Part shown: positions 62,491 through 64,000 of the stretch, in pieces | How the letters are laid out: every line of letters begins with the position of its first letter | Numbering within the stretch: position 1 is the first letter of the stretch | NCBI GenBank assembly: GCA_052327205.1 | Contig: CM126218.1 | Coordinates: forward strand, 81,406,001 to 81,470,000 | DNA: 64,000 nucleotides | Origin: Somniosus microcephalus | Lineage: Eukaryota | Direction: 5' to 3' | Made by a program: the position numbers and the translations under genes | The notes under the pieces: model-generated | Database searches by the model: none | Told to the model about the DNA's origin: nothing | What the model saw: the letters and a program-made list of their open reading frames with translations, nothing else

Positions 62491-64000
62491 TATCATTACA
62501 TTTTCATAGTCTACCAACTGAACTCAATTTTTAAGTAAAGGAGAATGGATAGCATTAAGTGAATTACAAGCCAGTAATCCCATTGAGGAGTTCAGATAAC
62601 ATCAAACTGCCAGGGAAGATAGTGGCATTTCGGTTTTTGTATTTTTATTTTTTACTGCGTAGTGGGTCCATTTGACGTGGAGGTTTTCCCCAAAGTCATT
62701 TGAATTTGAAAAGAGTAGCTTGTGATCGAGGACAAAGGGGAATTAACAATTTTATGGTATACAACATGACGGTATAATGGATCTTGTGAGTATTACTACC
62801 TTAATATGGTGGTAAGCCTTTGAGGAATATTATAATATGCTGAGCATCAGATACTAATTTTTCCTGCAACATGTGGCAAAATAAACTGTTAATATACACA
62901 ATATCCAGGTTCCATGCCGCACACCATAAAAGCAGATAGCTGGATGGTCGCTCTCTAATAAATACTGTAGAAACAATGTGAAAAATATTTAACTTAAAGA
63001 GAGACACATAGGAACAATTTTGCTACCTGTGTGACGTTTTTTTTAAACTGAAGAGAGTGAAAAATCACATAAAATTAGATCAAGTAGTTTTTTCAAAGTA
63101 TATATACAATCATGGTCTCTTCCTTTGGCTTTGTTCCACAACCCCTGCAAATGGAAACCATTTGTCTCTTTTATACTGTAAAGCACAGCATAATTCTTGA
63201 TCTACCATGACTGGTGCTTATAATACTAGTCTGTTGAAATGCAAGGTTCCTGAAGCAGACATGCCTCCATCTATTGACTGTGCTTACTTCAGTTCCTTCA
63301 GTGAATGCACTGCAAATTGATCGCTTGCTGCTCCCAGGAGCATTTTCAAGCCTTCTCACTGCCACTTCACTTCAGCAAATTATGCTTAATTTCATTGTGT
63401 TTGACCACGCAATGAAATTTACTCTAACTGGACACTTCCTCAGTCCACGACAGGCTTTGTGGCAGCGTCCCTTTCTCGTTTGTTTATCAGCACATTTATC
63501 AGTGCATTTCCACCAGCGCCAGCTCTATGAGGCATAACAGCATTCTCAATACTTTGTTTGTATTCAGCAGACTAGCCTTTGCAATCAGTGCTATTACTGT
63601 TACTTTTATATGTTACTAAATGAACTCCTGACTGCACTGCAGTGTAATCTTCCTCCCACATTTTCACTGCGATTAAATCCAATCTTCTGTCCAACCCCCC
63701 ACGCCGGTAACAGACGAAAAGCTGCACTGTACCTTTTCATTAATACAGTAATTCTAGACTCCAACATATTTACTTGATACAGCAGTGTAGTGGCAAACAT
63801 CATTGAATATTGTACTTCAATTCTCTTGCTGGTCTTTGGACACAAGTTTAAAAACCACATCATCTTTAGCTACATTATTAACTGCGCGTCCTAGCTGCTC
63901 AATCGACAATACTGATGACAGAGTCAGCGAGACAGGTGGTCCATCACGATATACCCTAGTTATAGATATAATACTCTATATTGTGGAAATTGAATTTCTC

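Larger units (their letters stand above)
9659..64000 (-). other. TAF3: TAF3 intron 2 (3' portion; continues beyond the window)
   Basis: The acceptor AG is at 9660..9659. I saw no histone-fold-encoding exon 2 sequence upstream. This intron is very long in other vertebrates. Confidence 0.75.

Overview
This is eukaryotic genomic DNA, very probably from a shark or other cartilaginous fish, judging by its HE1-type V-SINEs, SacSINE1/Deu-type SINEs and shark-type CR1, L2 and Penelope elements. The whole window lies inside the TAF3 gene (TFIID subunit 3) on the minus strand. It holds the large exon 3 (7854..9658), the first 69 nt of exon 4 (1..69), all of intron 3 (70..7853) and about 54 kb of intron 2 (9659 to beyond the end). 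Exon numbering follows my recollection of human TAF3; I did not see exon 2. The introns are a mosaic of transposon fossils: CR1, L2, Rex1/Babar and Penelope retroelements, a decayed RLE-type retrotransposon, SINEs, and hAT, Harbinger-like and Tigger-like MITEs with readable TIRs and TSDs. Between them are repeat-poor blocks that look like conserved enhancers. Nearly all other listed ORFs are spurious or TE-derived. I found no convincing new multi-gene system. The best second-look items are (1) a TSD-flanked Penelope copy with a minimal hammerhead ribozyme, (2) foldbacks of inverted Penelope termini whose arms appear to co-evolve, (3) an R2/NeSL-like fossil that the ORF track misses, and (4) a TIR element built from serial hairpins. 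Family names come from remembered consensus motifs, not from database searches.
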